A DNA stretch of 64,000 bases, taken from contig JBHGNT010000009.1 in the NCBI GenBank assembly GCA_043228905.1, positions 12,028,001 through 12,092,000 on the forward strand, given 5' to 3'. The translations under genes were made by a program, and so were the position numbers. Below, one piece after another: positions 37,601 through 50,829 of the stretch (its first letter is position 1; the number at the start of each line of letters is the position of its first letter). The notes under the pieces are model-generated. The model did no database searches. It saw only the letters and a list, made by a program, of their open reading frames with translations, and was not told where the DNA came from. Source of the stretch: Azolla caroliniana. Lineage: Eukaryota; Plantae; Polypodiophyta.

Positions 37601-39798
37601 TAATAGAAGGATTTTGTTCATCCATAATTGAAGGACTATTACTTGGCTTATTATAGTTGACGACTACCTGTTTTGTCCCTTTTGGGCAATTAACATTGCC
37701 ACTTTCTCTGTGAACCTAGGAACTAATTTGAGTAAACCCGTCAAAGGTAATGACACCTGGAAATCCGTCAAAATTTTCCAAGTTTCCTCTTGTTCTGGTA
37801 CGGCCATAGCTCCGGGCAGTTCATTAGCTTGATTGATCTCATTGTCTTGGAGCATTTGGGACACATTATTTTTATTTGCTTCTTCTACCCATTCCTTGGC
37901 TGCTTTCCAAACAACTTCCGAAATTTCCCACTCTTATTGTTTACTTTTACGTCTGGTGGTCACTTGTTGAATTTTTGGCATGACCATATGCACAGCCGGT
38001 GTTTTTCCTTTTCCTGTAGACGGACATTGATTTGCATAATGTCCATCCTATCAACAAATATAGCAAGTAAGAACAAATGTTCCACTTCCTTCGCCTTGCG
38101 CAAATTGATGATTTCCATCCTCATTAGAATCTGGAGGTTGTTGAAATTGTCGTGACGCTTTTTGCTTATAGAATTTTTTATTCTTATAACGATTTTGTTT
38201 AAACCGGCCTCCATTGTGTTGTTGATGGTCATTATCTTGTACCGCTGAAAAATCTTGATTCTGTTGATAATTATTTTGTCGAGCAATTTCTTAGTACCCA
38301 TTATTGAACATATTTCAGTTATTCCGGTACCCATTTTCCGGAAAACTTTGTCGTACCGGCACCATTGTTTTGTTAAGTAGATTATATTCACATTGCTCGA
38401 CCGAATGGAGTTTAGAATGACATATTGTGCAATGTGTTCGTAAATTACATTCTATTGCCGAATGCCCAGTATTCAAAAAAGTCGTACATTGAACTGCTTG
38501 CTGAAACTGCAACTCCTCCAGAGTTGGCAACGTATGATGTAATGCCGACATATCCATACTCCTTACATTTTTCGGATTCCGGCCCATAGCGATTGCCTTA
38601 TCAATCACTTGCTCAATCGTCTGATTCCGGAAATCGAACACTGCTAATGTTGTTCGTAATGGTTCACGAATTGCTTCAAGGAATACATCCTTCAATTCGT
38701 TGTCTGGAATAGGCCTGGAAATCTAGAGTTGTAAATTCTGAAAACGGATGACAAATTGAGATACCGTTTCATGCAGCTCCTAATATAACGCATAAAATTG
38801 AGCTATCAGATCCTTCTGAGGAATCTAACGATGAAATAATTGCAGAAATTTGATGGTTAATTGTTCAAATGTTTCGAACGCACGGAAACCATTTTGTGCA
38901 AACCAATTAGCGGACTGACCATCTAATGACAAAACAAACTCAGCAATTTTAGATTTGTCTTTGGCTGCTGCCGATAGCCTTTGAGCTCCATGGTTAATTT
39001 CCCATGTTGTCAAGAAGTCCCTAACATGCGCTTTTGCATCAGCTCCTTCCCGAAATTTAGAATACGGGTAAGGCATATTGTCTTCACTCCAGATATCATA
39101 AAATGATACCTCTTCCGCTAGATTTTCGTTCGATTGACTATCAGTTAAATCAGGAAGTGCAGACCACTTTCTACTTGTTTCTGGTTGTAACTCTACAACC
39201 AAATTTTTTTCTAGTGTCTTCGTGATTGAACGTGTACGAGGACTTTTACAACCGACTGGTGTATCCTGGTGTATCTGGACCAGACGACATCCATTCGACT
39301 TGTTCTCTGCTAACTGCAGATGTAACTGGGTGTGCCAAAATTATATTGTGTTGTTCGGTCGACAACAACTATTGTCGACTTAGTATAAGTCAAACGTTGC
39401 TCACCAAACGTTCTACCAATGAATTGCGGTTAGACGAATAAATACTAAAATGGTTGTAAAATTATCGATGTTAAACAGACATCGAGATCATTATTTACAT
39501 ACTAAAGTTATGATAGAAAGGAAATAGATTGACAGAGTGTTTAGTACACAGAGATTTCCTAAACTAACTTTATATTACTAAATAAAATGATAGCTCTTTA
39601 CACTACCTTCGGTTCCTTTTATAGGTAACCGGAAGGACTTTCTCATCAAGAAAACATACTACCAAAAATGGCAAGAACTACAAAATCTCTAACTATAATT
39701 TCGGTTTTAATTTAATTCGGCAAAATGTTGACTCATCGATCCGACTCCGATCCTTCTACATTTTTGACTCCGACGCTTCCCCACTCTTCCGGGTAACA
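34621..39798 (-). mobile_element. Degenerate Ty3/gypsy element (5' LTR ~39347-39798, gag, PR, RT, RH, truncated IN)
   Basis: LTR starts TGTTACCCGG; PBS-like TGGCACACCCAG at 39326-39337; gag MPYPYSKF; RT PKKNGKIRVCVDYRKLN and FLDD; RH FVDASD; IN STPYYPQANG; RT-RH-IN order. Confidence 0.93.
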
Positions 39799-41589
39799 AT
39801 CATCTAGCCGACTAGCTGATATCAGGTTCAGTCGAACCTCCAGAACGTGTCAGACATCCTTCAGCAGTAACTTGCATCCGGTTGATGCCATCAACAACAC
39901 CTCTCCTATGCCGATGATTCAGCATGTACCTTCATTCCCCATCCAGACACAACCGTGATCTCCGGCTCTGTAGGATGAGAAGCATCTCCGGTCCGGTGTC
40001 AGGTGGAACGACGCTCCGGAATCGACAACCCACGTTGTCTCATCGCCAACAAGGTTTAACTCATTCTCCTCGGTAATGAGGATCGATTCTTCTTCACTTG
40101 TTGCGATCGTCGTCGTTCCTTTCCGATCCAGACCTCTCTAGTCCAAATTGTTTACCCTTGCTAGGGACAACTGCTTTCCTTCAAGTCCGGCATTGCCCAA
40201 CGTGTTAACTAACGTCTCCCAGCTACCCGAGAGGGAACCGAGCAGGAGCAATACGAGTACCTCATCGGCGAGAGGTACTTCCAACGAGGTGGCTTGGTGT
40301 ATTAGCCCTTGGATGGCATTTATGTGCTCTGCCATACTAGAGCCGTCTTGGTACCGGAGCCTCACTAGCTTACGGAATACCGAAACCCGATTAACAACAT
40401 TCTTGTCCTAGAACATCATGCCGATCTTCTCCCAGAGTTCATGAGTCTTGCTCTCTTCATTGAAATTGTTGTACAGGCTCATGTCGATGAAGCACGGGAT
40501 GTATGTCGTCGTCTTCATGTGCATCACCTCCCACACTATGGCGTCGATCTTATCCGGTCTCTTGTCCCCGAACTGAACCGGCAACCAAAGATCTTTAACC
40601 ACCAACATATCCCTCATCTTCGACTTCCACACCAAGTAGTTGGAGCCGGTGAGCTTGAACATGCCGCTGAATGATTCTTCCATTTCCTGTGTTGTTCGCT
40701 CTGATACGAGATTGTAGGAAATAGCGCGGAATATTGCTTGGCCACAACTGGTTCTTGAATCACTTTGATGAGAACCAAACTAACACAAAGATGGGTTTGG
40801 AGATTAGTACACGTACACACACGAACAATAGAGAGTACATAGGATGTTTACGTGGAAAACCCTAATAGGGAAAAACCACGGGAGGCCACAGACTCCTGAA
40901 GCTATCAGTATACAAGAAAGGTACAATCAGAGACTCGGAGGCAATGACCTCGAGCTCTATATCTTCACCAAGCGGCGGTTACAACAAAGTATCGCTCTGT
41001 ATCTCCTCTCTCTATATACAACAATTATGCACATACAACAATATGACAACGCACTGCATAAAGTGATTGCCCTAGGTCATATTTATACTCATATGAACTT
41101 AGGGCTATTTACAAATATAGCCTCAATAGGCTTACTCAAAACATATTTACAAATATGTCTTCTCTTCTGGTTCTCACCGGGTCCATCCGATCCGGTTTCC
41201 GGATCTCTTCCGGTTCTCACGGGGTCCAACCGATCTGGTTTCCGGATCTCTTCCAGTTCTCACTGGGTCCTCTTCATTCATAACTGGTTACAACAGAGTA
41301 TTGCTCTGTATCTCCTCTCTCTCTCTCTCTATACAACAGTTATGCACATACAACAATATGACAACGCACTGCATAAAGTGATTGCCCTATGTCATATTTA
41401 TACTCATATGAACTTAGGGCTATTTACAAATATAGCCTCAATAGGCTTACTCAAAACATATTTACAAATATGTCTTCTCTTCTAGTTCTCATAGGGTCCA
41501 TCCAATCCAGTTTCTGGATCTCTTCCGGTTCTCACCGGGTCCTCTTCATTCATAACTGGATCACATCCGGAGGGACCGACTTCCCAACA
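39799..41589 (-). mobile_element. Ty1/copia 5' fragment (LTR 40713-41589, mutated PBS, gag, protease) interrupted by the gypsy
   Basis: gag MEESFSGMFKLTGSNY nearly identical to 5943-6587; LTR TG...CA with an internal ~309-bp tandem duplication. Confidence 0.92.
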
Positions 41590-43026
41590 CGGGTAAATCT
41601 TCCATGTTTGCATGCAAAGCACACATGCTTGTGCATCTTGCCTTATGCAAATTCTTTCTTAATGTTATATATTCCTAAATCACAAATTTTTATAATAGTT
41701 ACAATTTAGGACCATGGTTTACTTATGAATGAAACCCTTGAATTAGTTTAAGCTGTATCATTGAAAGTGATGTTATGTTTTGTCCAAAGGTTTCATCATA
41801 TCAATTATTAATCCTTATTTGCTCCCAAGGACCCCAATTTGTCATTATCACTTACTTGGAAATTATATTGATTATGTCATTTGGATGCGCCCCTTCCCGC
41901 CTTTTATGGCAACATCTTTTTATGTTTTCCTCAATTTTTATTGTCCATCATCTCATGCGGATATTTAACAATGAAACATTCATTTTCATTCATAAGTTTT
42001 CCAGAATAAAAGCTAATGTTGCCTTAGATTACTCAAGGTTCATTGGTAAACAACTAAATGTTCCCATTCGTTTCACACTTGTCACATTAGTAACGATGAA
42101 AATTTAAAGTTTCCCCCTTGTCTCTATTGCAAAAACTATACTCTAATAGCCAAGCACTTTAACCCCACTAAAAGTGATGTTGATAAAGGTATATACTAAT
42201 TTGAATAGCCAATAATGGTATGCTCATATGATACCATCACATGGTGAGTATAAGAATATTATTTATGGATAAAAGGATATATTGTTTCATAGAGACACTT
42301 CATAAACTTATTTTATGGACATATCAAATAAATCAACATTAGGGTGTCAATTAGAATGTTGCAAAGGAAGAAAATGAGTTTCATCTTAATAACTTAGTTG
42401 CACTGCTATACGAGGACATGTTGTCAACATCTCGACTTGCGGAATCACAGGAAGATTATACGAAAGTCTTCAATAATGTTAGGAAGACAACTCGTACCCT
42501 TGCTTCATTTATGCTAAGAAAATTGAAGGAGCTTGATATTATACTTAGCCAACCCAATTCAAACTTCGAAAACAAGTATGTTAAGCCATATACAAACGCC
42601 CCACCAAATTGAAAATTACACATTGGTTGCCCAAACAAAAGGAAGTTGATTCCTTATGACAATGTATGAAAAGAGATATGAATGCACATGTAATAGCATA
42701 TATTTTATTATATAGTATATTAATATGCTAACTATTTGATAAAGTTTGGACTTAACAAGATGTTATGTATCCATATCAAGGGAGTGACGTTTCACGAGTT
42801 ATTTGATTTTAGACAAATTTTAAAAAAATAAGAATGGTTGCACTTGAATCTTAAATTTAAGCTACCATACGATTTTTCGTTTTGCCCCTGTATGCAATAT
42901 ACATGTGTGAATCATGATGCAACTCTCTCCCTCTCCCCCTCATATAGTTGGGTAGATGTATTCAAGTATTAGACATTGGTCAAATTATCATCACAAATTA
43001 GGGGAAGCAACATTAAGGCAGAGTCT

Positions 43027-43067
<41 letters not shown>

Positions 43068-43072
43068 TAGAT

Positions 43073-43142
43073 GGATGTAGCTCAGTTGGTAAGGTTGCCC
43101 AATGGAGATCAGGTGGTCATGGGTTCAACCCCTACATTCCAC
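43073..43142 (+). repeat. tRNA-derived (SINE-like) head after an (AG)n tract
   Basis: A-box TAGCTCAGTTGG, B-box GGTTCAACCCC, acceptor-like pairing GGATGTAG/CTACATTCC. Confidence 0.55.
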
Positions 43143-43199
43143 TGTGGCATCTAGTGAATTAAGAGATATATAAGAAGTATATAATAAAGAGGTTAGGAA

Positions 43200-43258
43200 A
43201 TTGGGTTTCGAACCCACAACGCAATGCTTGTAGTGCTAACAACCTACCACTAGGGTAA
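43200..43258 (-). repeat. Second tRNA-derived head, opposite strand
   Basis: Minus strand CCCTAGTGGTAG ... GGGTTCGAAACCC at tRNA-like spacing. Confidence 0.45.
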
Positions 43259-44624
43259 AGTAATTACAATAAAAAGAAAGAGAGAGAGAGTTTTAATGTC
43301 CATGGGAAACCGGTTGCAACCTACGACACGAGGCCATTGCGAGGATAGAATCTTCAAATCAATGGAGACATAGAGAGGGGGGAACCACTAGGTAAATCAA
43401 TTTGCATCAATTTTATATTGCTTTGATTGTTCTATGGATGTGAAGAAATAATATATAGTAACATTATAATAAGGACACATTTCCCCCTTTGTTTTAGTAT
43501 TGAAACAACTTTTGCAATTCAAATTGAAAAATTCTTGGTTGAGTCTAGAAGGATATTGCAATTTTCTACAAAAAATGTTTCGGTGACCAGTTCTTTAAAG
43601 AAAATACAATTTTAGACAAATATTTTTCACTTGTTTTTTAATATTAGTTGAAGATATAAAACCCATAAATTTAGATTAGGTCAACTTGCATACGTTGAGA
43701 TGGGAAAAATGAAGAGAGGAACATGGTTCCCATCAACTTCAATGAACTTGTGGGAATACCATCAACAATCATATTCAAGCATGACGCCGTCGAATAAAAA
43801 ATCATGTGACAGTTATTATATATTCCACTCCAAGCTCTTCAAATCACTATTTATGTCATTTTGATCTGGGTAAGTATCAAGTTCCAATATCCAATTAATT
43901 TTCCCCCAAATTTATTAGAAACAACCCATGTTATAATCCGAAATAAACTCTTGCTGGTGGAAAAAATTTCTAGTAACAATTGTTTCTTCTAATTGCGTCA
44001 ATTATGAAAATATTGTTTAGCCTCATGGAGGGTCTATGTTCTTGGCAAAGTTCAAACCATCTACTTGATCATAAAGTGTAGTAAGTTATCAGTTTTGGGA
44101 AATAACCTTATGGAGCGAGGTTTTGTGTTCTGAATAACCATCTACTTATTGCAAAGTATGGTAAGTTTCATGTTCGAAAACTTTGTGCTTTATAGAGGTG
44201 TATAATAATAAGGTAAGTGTTTCACATTCAATTTCTTATGCTTTATAGATGTGTATGTATATTTACGATTATTTTTTATTTTTTATTTTTTATTTTTTCC
44301 AAAAAGTATTTACTAGAAATTTTCGTATTCAATGTGTTTGTGTTCTATAAATGTGTATAACTATGTATTTAAGTCAACAATTGTATCCTTACTTTTAGAC
44401 TTAACTAAAGGCATATGATATTATTTTTCTAACGACTTCTTGGAGTTTGCAACATTAGTTTTCCGTTTTCTGTTTTATAATTTGAATATCTACATATAAT
44501 CATTTCCCTTATTTAATGATTCTGCATTTCTCTTTTCTCCTATCATGCTACCATTTCTAATTGTATTCCTCTCCTCTCTTTTCTACATCTCGTGTAAACT
44601 ATTTAATGGCTTATGTCGTTTATT

Positions 44625-44658
<34 letters not shown>

Positions 44659-46463
44659 GATCCTTGGAGTAGGCATGTGAAGAATTTCATCCTTATCATT
44701 TTTTCAGTCGGGGATTGATCCAAACGGGAACAGGGATAATAATGTACTACAACCAATGACCGACCACACTTGGAGTTGGCCTTACTACATCCAAACTCCT
44801 CTTTTCATGCGCAATGAATTTCCTTTACTTTCTAACAACTTTCAGAAGTTTTAAGTGCATTTATGATTATTTAATGTCCATAAGGTTGGATACTTCTTTC
44901 TTCAAAAGATACTCCCGTTTCAAATGTTTCCTTACTATTATTCTCTTTGATTTTAAAAACATGACATAAAAGTCCAATAAGAGAGACAAGGAAACTCGTG
45001 AGGGTGAAACATCTCAAATACAAAAATATCAATGTCGGTACAAGAAATTTAAGCGCCCTATAGAACGGGAATACCCTGGTCCCTGACTAATTTACTTCAT
45101 TCAATGATTGCATGATTGTTGTGGGATGAGTTCCATAATGCACCATTTACTATGCAAACTCAGGACATGTAAATGTTTAATGTATCTTAAGCGTAAGGGA
45201 TTTGGTTTATTTACTTAGAGTTGATGCCAAAAGAACATGTAGAATATAGTTACTCTCAAGAGCTTGGAGGAAAGGGCATACATTTTGGATCGTTAAGAGT
45301 AAAATGTACAACACCTGCAATAATTAAGTGGCTTTTGCAAAATGGGTACTTTATGTGCTTCAATGTCATGTTCTTTTTGTGTTTCTAATTTGAAAGAGAA
45401 TTTGTCTGTTTGTACAAAGTGAATTTACTAGAGTTAGATAGGATAATTGAAGTGGTCGATGGATGCTTCACTAGGTAGAAGCAAATTGATCTGATGGAAG
45501 CTGGCCAACCAACGACGTCTTAGATTTGAACGATGTCGATCGAGGTGGGTGGGATGCCTACACTAGATCAAAATTGTAATAGTGAAAAGCTAAATAAACG
45601 CACGTCCATCTCGAGACTCTCCATACTCAGAAATAAAATCGATACATACGTAGATAGATTTTATTATTGTATTTGGAGGTCAAATATGATATATGAGAGC
45701 AAAAACATCACATTTCACGTAACACATCTGAAAGTGAGTGAGTATGACTCTTGATATTCAAGAACTTTCTAAATGAATATTGCAATGGAGAGTGCACATT
45801 GTGATTGTGAGAGAGAATTCGTGTGAGGATTAGGTTAGGTTTGGTCGAAGATGTGTGAAAAGCATAGTCAAATACGATTTAAGGCACAACATTGTATCGA
45901 AATGTTATTACTCATTGAAACTCCTAAACTTGTTGCTTGGCAAAGTGTGCATAGTGGATCACTCTCATGACTTGTGTCCCAATGCCCTGTCACATGGCAA
46001 TGCATGTGAGCGTAGTCAGCATAATGCATTGAGAGAGAGAGAGAGGTCCACACACACAATGTATATGTACGTAGTTTTGTGATTGTGTGTGTGTGGGGGG
46101 GGAGGGAAGGAGGGTGGAGTGCAAGATGGCCACGTATGCGCGTTGTGTATGAATGAGTGCGTGTAGAGGACACAAAGAGATGAAAAGCCGACGTAGGAGA
46201 AGCACCCCAAAATCCATCTTTTCACAATTAAGAGCCTCCCCACCAGAAAGCAAAAAGCAAAAAGTTCCATCCTACGAAACTACAAATATATATATATATA
46301 TAGGTGAAGAAAACGAAAAAGCTATGCAGTGGTAGAGTTATAGTATAGATACCCCCTTCCCTTCCCTGCAGGCTGCCCCCCCCTCTCTCTCTACTATGCA
46401 TCATCATCATTACTCATCAGAACAGAGTAGAGTATGTACATATGTGTAAACAATTTCTGAGAC

Positions 46464-47096
46464 ATGGGTTCTTCCTCAAGCTTTAGGTCTTCCTATTGTA
46501 ATGAATTTGGAGGTGAGAAAGCATCATCATCATATTCTGGTGGTTGCTTAAGAAGAGACTCTAATGGAAGCTTCATCGATGATGCTATGCAAGATGTCTC
46601 ATCCTCTTCTTATAATGAGAACCATGCCACTACCGATTTCGGGTTTGGGTCATTGAGATCAATTGTTTTTGGGCGGCTCTCCTGGATGGCTCCTCCTCCT
46701 TCTTCTTCTTCTTCTTCTTCTTCTTCTTCTTCTTCTTGTGGTGGTGGTGGTGGTGGTGCTCGGATAAAGCCGAGACCACCTAAGGGCCCGACCTCTCTTT
46801 GCCATGGGGATTCAGGGCCCTATCTGAAATGTGGGATTCATGGTGATGATGAGGTGATGGGGATGAGATTAGAGAGCAAACCATCATCGTTAAGGAATGG
46901 TGGAGTGGAGATGAAGAAGAAGAGAAATGTGATGATGTTGGGTGGATATGGTTGTGGTAGGAACGATGGAGGGTGCCAAATGAAGAAGAAGAAGAAGAAG
47001 AAGAAGAAGAAGAAGAGTGAGATGATGGTGGGAAAGAAGAAGACGTGGTGGTATTCATGGCGGCGAATGTCAGGCCGAATATCAGCCCCCTTCCCC

Positions 47097-47129
<33 letters not shown>

Positions 47130-47606
47130 GTCTCCCAACAAATGCCACATCATCATGCCCTTGTGTCTCAATGGGTCTCCCATCATCATCACCATGATCA
47201 TTCACATTACAATAATAATAATAATAAGAAGAAGAAGAAGATGATGATGATGAATGGCCATGTGACTAGGCTGCAACATGCGGCAGTGGCACATCCACAT
47301 CATCATCATCATCATCAGGAGGAGGAGGAGGAGGAGGCCCATAAGATTATGCATAATAATAATAATAATAATAATATGGCAGCAGCAGCAGCAGCAGCAG
47401 GTCCGCATCATGTGGCTGCCCATTTGCGTGGCTTTGGCGGGCCACCAATTCGGCCACAGCATCTCAAGGATCACAGATTCTGCCCTCCTCCTCCTGCTCC
47501 TAAATCCACATCTCTCACCTTGAGCGCCAGCACTATGCATGATTTGCATAGTTCTCTCCAAAGTGCCATAGCTCATTGTAAACAGTCCCACATCCAACAT
47601 TCCTAG
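46464..47606 (+). CDS. BKI1/MAKR (membrane-associated kinase regulator)-like protein, single exon, 380 aa
   Basis: C-terminal STMHDLHSSLQSAIAHCKQSH matches the BKI1/MAKR motif STMEELQAAIQAAIAHCKNS; basic K-rich patches; TATA-like tract near 46287; homopolymer runs all in frame. Confidence 0.8.
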
Positions 47607-48229
47607 TACAAAACTCCTCCTCATTGAACTCTTTACAGAAATAGTGTAGTAATTCTTTGATTGTGTACTATACTTATGCATCTTTAGTTTTTAAGCTTCT
47701 TGATCAAATGTATTACTGTGGGGGATATCTTTATTTCATAAACGCTATCTTAAAGGTGATAGTAATTAAACCATTTCTATTTTAAAGGAGACAAGGTTTC
47801 TATTTTAATGTAGTGTATTTCTATTTATTTAATTTTAAACCATAGCGGAATGATTCGGTTCGACTTTAGCCGAAACCAGGCCCATCGGTAGTTAGTTCTA
47901 CAAGTAGCTTGTGGTACAATGTCTTTCCGTTTGAACGAGATAAAAGGAAAGAAGAAAAATTGTTGTCCAAGTCCCAAAACATTGTCGAAGATAGCAATTA
48001 AGGTGGATGCACTAGTACTGCTATGGATTTGGACGGTTTGTTGTGAAAGGTTTATTTAGCTTGATTGGACCCCAAAATATGTAGTGGCAAAAGGGACTCA
48101 ACTAAGATTGTCGTTAGTTTTTGAGCACCATATAGGTTTCATCTAGGTTCTCTCGTAATCGAGCATGAGTTTGGCGATAAGCTTGACATAACTTCTTTAC
48201 GAGGTAGGGTGATGTTCAAAAAAAGTACA

Positions 48230-50825
48230 TGTTAACCGGTTGGCTACCTAAGGGTAAAGGTCGGAGTCGGAGTCAGAGTTGGAGTCGGGGTTGGACAAGT
48301 GGGAAATGACAGAATTCGAATTGTAATTTTTTGGCCAAGTGAAATTAGAGTAATTTAGAAAATAGAATGATTAGTATAAACGGTAGGTTCGTGCCAAACA
48401 GGCAAGTGTAATATCTTGGAGAAGTCTCTTAGGTCGCCTATAAAAAGGGACCGAGAGCATTGTATTATTATCGGTCTGTTTTGGTTTAATATAATTTTGG
48501 TAGTTAGAGTATCTATTGTGTCGACTGTTCTGTTTTATCTTCTATCTATTTATTGTGTCGGATGTTCGAATTCTTTCTGTGCTACACAAATTATGTTATA
48601 GCTAAATAGTCGGTCAAGATTGTATGTTCTAATTCTAGTAATTAGGTTTTGTGTGACCATTGTTACATAAAGTTCTGAGTAAGGAACTAGTGTCGACAAA
48701 TACCATATCTCCAACCACAAGCTTCTTGATAGAATGGTTTCGAAAGTAAAACGTTCGACCGATTGTGTCTGTTGGCTGTCGGCAGGGACACCACAATAAT
48801 TTGGCACGCTCGGTTACATGTGCTACGAGTAGAGAACAAGGAGAATGGATGTCGTCTAGTCAACTCAGTACGGACCTGCTTGTAAGAAGCAAAAGACCAC
48901 GCACGAGATCGGAGAGTCGACTTGCAAAAGAAGGTAATTTCAATAGTTCGGAGTTTGTCGAACAAATTCAGCAAGAAGTTGAAGGGGAATTAAGGGAGAT
49001 TCCTGGTTTATATATTGATAGTATTTCAGACGAGGAGCTGCCCGACTAGCACCGTTACTTGAGAAACTTTGTCGAAGTTTTTGAGGTGGATACAATGTCG
49101 TATCGCTATCCCAAATATAGTGATGAAACCGATGTAGAGGCGCATATACGTGCTTTCCTTACGACATGGCAAGCTAACCATATATCCTAGAGATTGTCGA
49201 AGGCCGATGCCGACAAATAAAAAATTGCAGAATTCAATTTGTCGCTTGATGGGCAATTGGTGAATTGGTACTCAACATATATGTGCTTTCTATACGACAT
49301 GGCAAGCTAACCATGTATCCCTCATATTGTGGCAGGCCGATGCCGACAAATAAAAAATTGCAGAATTCAATTTGTCGCTTGATGGGCAATCGGTGAATTG
49401 GTACTCAACATATATGTGCTTTCTATACGACATGGCAAGCTAACCATGTATCCCTAATATTGTCGCAGGCCGATGCCGACAAATAAAAAATTGCAGAATT
49501 CGGATTGTCGCTTGACGAGCAGGGCAATCAGCGAATTGGTACTCACAACATGACGAGGGTGAGTTTCAATCATTTAAAGAATTAACTATTAAGTTTATTA
49601 GGCTCTTTCACTAACACGTTCCAAAAGGGAACTCATGAGCCAATTCTATGCGGCTTATCAAGAAGCCCATGAGACTGTTCCACAATTCATTATTCGGTTT
49701 CAAAACCTTCGTGTAGGCAGTTAGCGCGACCTCTTCCAGAAGAAGATCTAAAAGATACCTTCTTATTGGCACTACAAGAGCCGCTTCGAACGACGTTAGC
49801 CGTGTTCGACTTTAAAGATCAATCACTAGAGCAGGTGATTGACAAAGCACTCATAATTATGGATAGAACGTAAACAAGTAATAGTATGTCGATGGCATCG
49901 TCACAAAGGTCCTTACAAAGGTTTCGCCAGGGAATTCAACGCACAATCTAAATCCGGGGCATTCTATAGTGGAATGCACATTACGCACACATTGTCTGAT
50001 CTATCATTCAAAGGTACATACAATCGACCAGTGCGAATATAATCTGCTGACCAAAGTCGCGGCTCCAGTACAACAGATACAACTTCATGATGATCGCCAA
50101 GATGATAGGAATCAGTAGGTGCACCGGTTTCAGGATGATGATTTACCTAGATACGATGATTGTTATCGGACGGATTGGAATCGACAGGATGATTATTGAC
50201 AAGATGTTCACTACAATGATTACTGATGGGAAGATGACCATCAAGATGAGTACAAGAGGGATAATCGTAACAATTATGACCGGGACTATTCACCAAGGCA
50301 TGAGAGAAATGATCGACGTCCTTACACAGGTCATCGACATCATGATGATCGGAGATCGTATGACCAGAGGAGAAATGATGGCAATCGGCAACCTAATCAT
50401 CAGTTCCATGATGACAGATGGGACGACAATAGAAGAGCCAAGGCATCCCGATAATCCAATATAATTCTAAAGCCCGAGATGAGCCGGAACTGCAGGATGT
50501 TCAACAATCGGATTATGAGAACAGAGAATCCAATGGGCTGACAATACCAAATTGCTACATTTGCAAGAAAGATGGACACTATGCAAATTAGTGTCCGACG
50601 AAAGACAAAGGAAAGGCACCAGTAGTAAACATGGTAACTGCAAAAGTACAACAAGTCACCATGTGGACCAAAGACAAACAATTTGAGTCGGAAATACAGG
50701 AAGCAGTTCGGAAGGCGGCTAAGGAGTGGGTAGACGAAGCCAACAACAACAATGTTGCTAGGATGATACGAGAGAGTAATGAATGGGATATCACAATTCC
50801 TAATCGGTAACACTTTTGGCAGGCT
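48230..50825 (+). mobile_element. Degenerate Ty3/gypsy 5' part (LTR 48230-48795, PBS-like site, gag)
   Basis: TGTTAACCGG...CCACA; TTGGCACGCTCGG at 48801; gag MSYRYPKY homologous to gag at ~39075; 133-bp triplication at ~49150-49545. Confidence 0.88.
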
Positions 50826-50829
50826 TGGT

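Noticed and set aside
43073-43142. Functional tRNA gene
   Set aside because: A and B boxes are present but the anticodon arm does not pair properly; treated as a tRNA-derived repeat.
41600-46200. Short ORFs in the AT-rich intergenic region
   Set aside because: No recognisable motifs or consistent splice structure; probably decayed TE debris and promoter DNA.
46780-47681. Antisense and alternate-frame ORFs over the MAKR-like gene
   Set aside because: By-products of trinucleotide repeats lacking stop codons.
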